DNA from: Leptolyngbyaceae cyanobacterium
GTDB lineage: Bacteria > Cyanobacteriota > Cyanobacteriia > Phormidesmidales > Phormidesmidaceae
Reading direction: 5' to 3'
DNA length: 64,000 nt
NCBI GenBank assembly: GCA_965263355.1
Contig: CBDHHL010000032.1
Location: 2,624,001 to 2,688,000 of the forward strand
The notes below the pieces were generated by a model, which made no database searches, had not been told where the DNA came from, and was given only the letters and a program-made list of their open reading frames with translations. A program made the translations under genes and the position numbers. Numbering within the stretch: position 1 is the first letter of the stretch; each line of letters begins with the position of its first letter. Shown here piece by piece: positions 60,673-64,000 of the stretch.

Positions 60673-61665
60673 TTACGGAGCGGGAGCACATTTTCCCCCC
60701 AAGCCGTCCACAATGGTGCAGGTGTTGTAGACTAACATCCCGGTATAACTCCCGCCAGGAGTACCTTCTGGCCCCAAACCATCCGCTAGTAAGACTTGTT
60801 CCGAGATGGAAACACCAGCTTCACCTGCTACCGTTTTTAAGACGCGATCATCCGCAGTGAGTTCTGCAAAAATAGTGGGAATTGCTTTGTCACGAATCGA
60901 TTTAGCTAAAGAGTTAACCTGGGCGGCAGTCGGTTCTTCTTCAGTTGAGACACCCAGCAATGTCCCCTCGACAGTTAAACCATAGGCCTGAGCGTAGTAT
61001 CCCAGCGCATCATGGGTAGTAATTAAGCGACGTTGGGATGCCGGAATGGTGAAAATTTGCTCTGGGATCCAGGTATCGAGGGCCTGTAGCTCAGCCGTCA
61101 GTTGATCCGCGTTTTGGGTGTACACCTCAGCATTGTCAGGATCAACGGCCACCAGGTTATCCCGAATCAAGGTGACCATAGCTAATCCGTTCTCGACGTC
61201 ATGCCAGATATGGGGATCAGGACTAACGTCACCCTCTTCTTCCACTTCAATCAGTTGCTGAACCGCTTGATCATGCAGGGCGACTTTTGGGGCCTCTGAT
61301 TCAGACGCTGTAGCCATGTCAATAATCGCAGGTTCAAAGTTCAGACCTGCATAAAGGACTAAATCAGCCGTGTCGATCGCCTCACGGTCAGAGGGTTTTG
61401 CCTGATAAGTATGGGGATCTTGATCGGAGGGAATTAAACAGTTCAGTTGTGTAACATCCGCAACAATTTGAGCGGTTATGTCGCAAATGACGCTATATGA
61501 CGCGACAACATCGATTGGAGAGTCCGCATCACTTGTGGCTGTTGCGGCCTGCGGTTGGCTGCTGTCTGAACTGTTGGGTGTTGAACTGGTACAACCCACA
61601 AGACCGATCAGGAGTGCGATCGCACCCGCTAAAATTCCGTGATTTTGTAAAAAATATCGCTGCAT
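60673..61665 (-). CDS. Metal ABC transporter substrate-binding lipoprotein (ZnuA/MntC/TroA family)
   Basis: Lipobox LVGC; DPHTY, DPHIW, TTHDAL, LADGLG (H,H,H,D ligand set). Confidence 0.92.
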   Translation of the reverse strand: MQRYFLQNHGILAGAIALLIGLVGCTSSTPNSSDSSQPQAATATSDADSPIDVVASYSVICDITAQIVADVTQLNCLIPSDQDPHTYQAKPSDREAIDTADLVLYAGLNFEPAIIDMATASESEAPKVALHDQAVQQLIEVEEEGDVSPDPHIWHDVENGLAMVTLIRDNLVAVDPDNAEVYTQNADQLTAELQALDTWIPEQIFTIPASQRRLITTHDALGYYAQAYGLTVEGTLLGVSTEEEPTAAQVNSLAKSIRDKAIPTIFAELTADDRVLKTVAGEAGVSISEQVLLADGLGPEGTPGGSYTGMLVYNTCTIVDGLGGKCAPAP

Positions 61666-62153
61666 TTATGGTTTCCCCATGACTGATTCCCTACAAAGAC
61701 CTGTCGAAAGCATTGGGGATAGATAACTGCCCCTTGCTAACGCCTCGTCAAGTCAGCTTAATGATTGTTAGAACTCACCTAAAAAGTTGATGAACTTTAA
61801 TATTCACGTTGCCTTTTTCGTGAGCCTTTATACGCTGAGACCGTTGATATTGCCCTAAACTCTTCCTGCGTTGAGACAGCGTTATTCAGAACGCAACAAC
61901 AAATTTAGAAGATTTACCTAGACATTTATATAACTAACCTATACACTGGTGTCAACCTTTAGATTTGCTTATTAGAGCTATTGCATTTAGGGCTCAGTCA
62001 CAGCATTCACACAGTTGTTCTTTCAAGTAAGTAGTCGAGTCACCCATTGCAAGATCATCACAATTTATCCCCTTTCGCTAAGGCGTGTTGCCTTCATGCA
62101 GCCTGGCCGGGAGATTGTTGCCTTGTTCTTGCCCCCGTCAGAGGTTTACGCCG

Positions 62154-62873
62154 ATGCTAGAAATTCAGAATTTGTCGATTGACTATCGAGGCACCCGTGC
62201 ACTCCATAATGTCAGCTTTTTTGTGCCTGCGGGTCAGCTGGTAGGCATTATTGGTCCCAATGGCGCAGGTAAGAGTACTCTAGTCGAAGCCATTTTGAAC
62301 TTGGTGCCTGTAACCCAAGGGGTGATTCGCTTTAAGGGCATGCCCCTGAAGCGTCAGCTGCTTAAAACGGCCTATGTACCCCAACGGTCTCATATCGATT
62401 GGGACTATCCGGTCACAGTCTGGAATGTGGTGATGATGGCTCAGACTGTTCAGGCTGGCCTCTTTCGCGGATTTAGTCATCAGGCGCGACATTTGGCCCG
62501 TGCTGCCCTTGAACGGGTGGGAATGTATGGACTGCGCAATCGTCCCATTGGTGAATTATCGGGAGGACAGCAACAGCGTGTTTTTCTGGCCCGAGCATTA
62601 GCAAAAGAAGCCGAGCTTTTAATTTTTGATGAGCCCTTTACGGCAATTGATCGCAAGACCGAAGACATTATTTTTGATATCTTTCAGGAGCTTCGGGCCG
62701 AGGGCAAAACGTTACTGGTGATTAACCACGATTTGGGTGATTCGTTGGCGATTTATGATCAGCTGCTCCTGCTCAACAAACGTTTGATTGCCCAAGGGAC
62801 ACGTCATGAAGTTGTCACTTCCGGTAATTTGGAACGGGCTTACGGTCGGGGGCTGACCAGAGTCTTTGCTTAA
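62154..62873 (+). CDS. Metal ABC transporter ATPase
   Basis: GPNGAGKST, YVPQRSHIDWDYP, LSGGQQQRVFLARAL. Confidence 0.92.
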   Translation: MLEIQNLSIDYRGTRALHNVSFFVPAGQLVGIIGPNGAGKSTLVEAILNLVPVTQGVIRFKGMPLKRQLLKTAYVPQRSHIDWDYPVTVWNVVMMAQTVQAGLFRGFSHQARHLARAALERVGMYGLRNRPIGELSGGQQQRVFLARALAKEAELLIFDEPFTAIDRKTEDIIFDIFQELRAEGKTLLVINHDLGDSLAIYDQLLLLNKRLIAQGTRHEVVTSGNLERAYGRGLTRVFA

Positions 62874-62940
62874 AACACGCCAAAGTTGCAACTTAGGATC
62901 AGAGGTTTCATACTGTTCCAGTTAATACTGTGTCAGTTTC

Positions 62941-63030
62941 TCTCCTCTCGGGAGGGAAGCCGTAGGCGGAATGGGTTCGATCACTTGCGCTAACAGCCAA
63001 CCCACCCCGCTGCCCCTCCCAGGAAGGGAA
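62941..63030 (-). repeat. Dispersed REP-like repeat, family B copy 2
   Basis: Reverse complement similar to 41601-41688; sits between the ATPase and permease genes. Confidence 0.6.
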
Positions 63031-63078
63031 AGGTTATCCCGTTTGCCTCAAACAAAATTAAGGACACAAAAACGCCCC

Positions 63079-63963
63079 ATGCTGGATTGGATCATTGAGC
63101 CATTGTCATTAACCTTTATGCAACGTGCGCTAATGTTGGGTATTTTGCTCGGCATTCTCTGTGCGATCGTCGGCAGCTACATGATTGTGCAACAGATGGG
63201 GATGCTGGCCCATGCCATTTCTCATTCGGTGATGGCCGGGTTGCCGATTGCTTACTTGGTTGGCGTCGCCTTATCGTTTGGGGCTTTGATCGCAGGGGTG
63301 ATCAGTGCCTTGGTGCTCTATTTGATCGAGTCGCGATCGCGTGTGAAAACGGATGCAGCCATGGCTTTAATTTTGACCTCATTTGTCGCCATTGGGGTTA
63401 CCTTAGTCAGTGTCATACCAGGTGCGAATCGCATTGATTTATTGCATGTCCTGTTCGGTAATATTCTTGGGGTGACCATGAAAGAAGTGTGGTGGACCCT
63501 TGCCGTAACAGTAATCGGCATCACCTTAATGAGGTTGTTTTTCAAAGAACTTTTGTTTTACACCTTTGATCCGAAAGGGGCGCAGGCCAGCGGTATGCCC
63601 GTGCATTGGTACAATGCATCGCTAATTATTGCAATGACTGTGACAATTGTTGTGTGTTTACCCACGGTGGGGGCGCTTTTGGTTGTTGCTTTACTGGTGG
63701 CACCTGCTGTGACCGCCTATTTACTCGTCAAAGAGTTACACCAGATGATGTGGGTTGGTTCGGTCATTGGAGCGCTTTCCAGCGTGATTGGCATGTACCT
63801 GAGCTATTACTTAGATGCGCCGTCCGGAGCAACGATTGTGCTCGTGGCCTTCTGCTTTTTCTGTTTAGCGTTCTTTTTGAGTCCGTCCGAGGGGTTATTG
63901 ATTAGTCTTTGGCGGCAACGTGCGCGATCTAAACTTACCGATGCAGATAAAGCAGTAACATAA
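63079..63963 (+). CDS. Metal ABC transporter permease (ABC-3)
   Basis: FMQRAL, AISHSV.AG, LFGNILGV, KEL..TFDP, LSYYLD.PSGATIV. Confidence 0.92.
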   Translation: MLDWIIEPLSLTFMQRALMLGILLGILCAIVGSYMIVQQMGMLAHAISHSVMAGLPIAYLVGVALSFGALIAGVISALVLYLIESRSRVKTDAAMALILTSFVAIGVTLVSVIPGANRIDLLHVLFGNILGVTMKEVWWTLAVTVIGITLMRLFFKELLFYTFDPKGAQASGMPVHWYNASLIIAMTVTIVVCLPTVGALLVVALLVAPAVTAYLLVKELHQMMWVGSVIGALSSVIGMYLSYYLDAPSGATIVLVAFCFFCLAFFLSPSEGLLISLWRQRARSKLTDADKAVT

Positions 63964-64000
63964 AGCCTACTTTTAATCTATGTCCTTTGGTAAGTTAGGA

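Overview
A 64-kb stretch of a cyanobacterial chromosome. Evidence for the lineage: 30+ HIP1 octamers GCGATCGC, desA, mgdE, a CcmM-type gene, Uma2 genes and an FHA/CHAT pair; the style suggests a filamentous Leptolyngbyaceae-like host (inference). Left to right: a NarL/LiaRS-type two-component system divergent from a secreted 23-aa-repeat protein and a sterol-desaturase-family gene; a FIST + GGDEF-EAL pair; lactate permease; pcrA; a lipoxygenase; an FHA/TPR-CHAT pair; desA with a highly structured ~210-nt leader; mgdE; a RimB-like protease + rimK; an RND pump; tex; a mosaic of broken TA/nuclease/IS genes; a Zur-boxed zinc-starvation cluster (FAD oxidoreductase, FeoB-like GTPase, Cys-to-Asp HisI paralog, one-SSUL CcmM-like gamma-CA); AIPR; moaB; broken mazE with intact mazF; a cyanate locus (two CynA-like binding proteins, PAS kinase, REC-AraC regulator, cynABD, cynS); and coaR with its operator but no coaT, next to a metal ABC transporter. 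The best candidates for something undescribed are the multi-domain desA leader RNA, a ~160-nt dispersed element with compensatory base changes (two copies), the cyanate locus with its own two-component system, and the Zur-linked mini-CcmM/FeoB-like module. All calls come from reading motifs by eye; no database search was run. No tRNA, rRNA or CRISPR array was seen.
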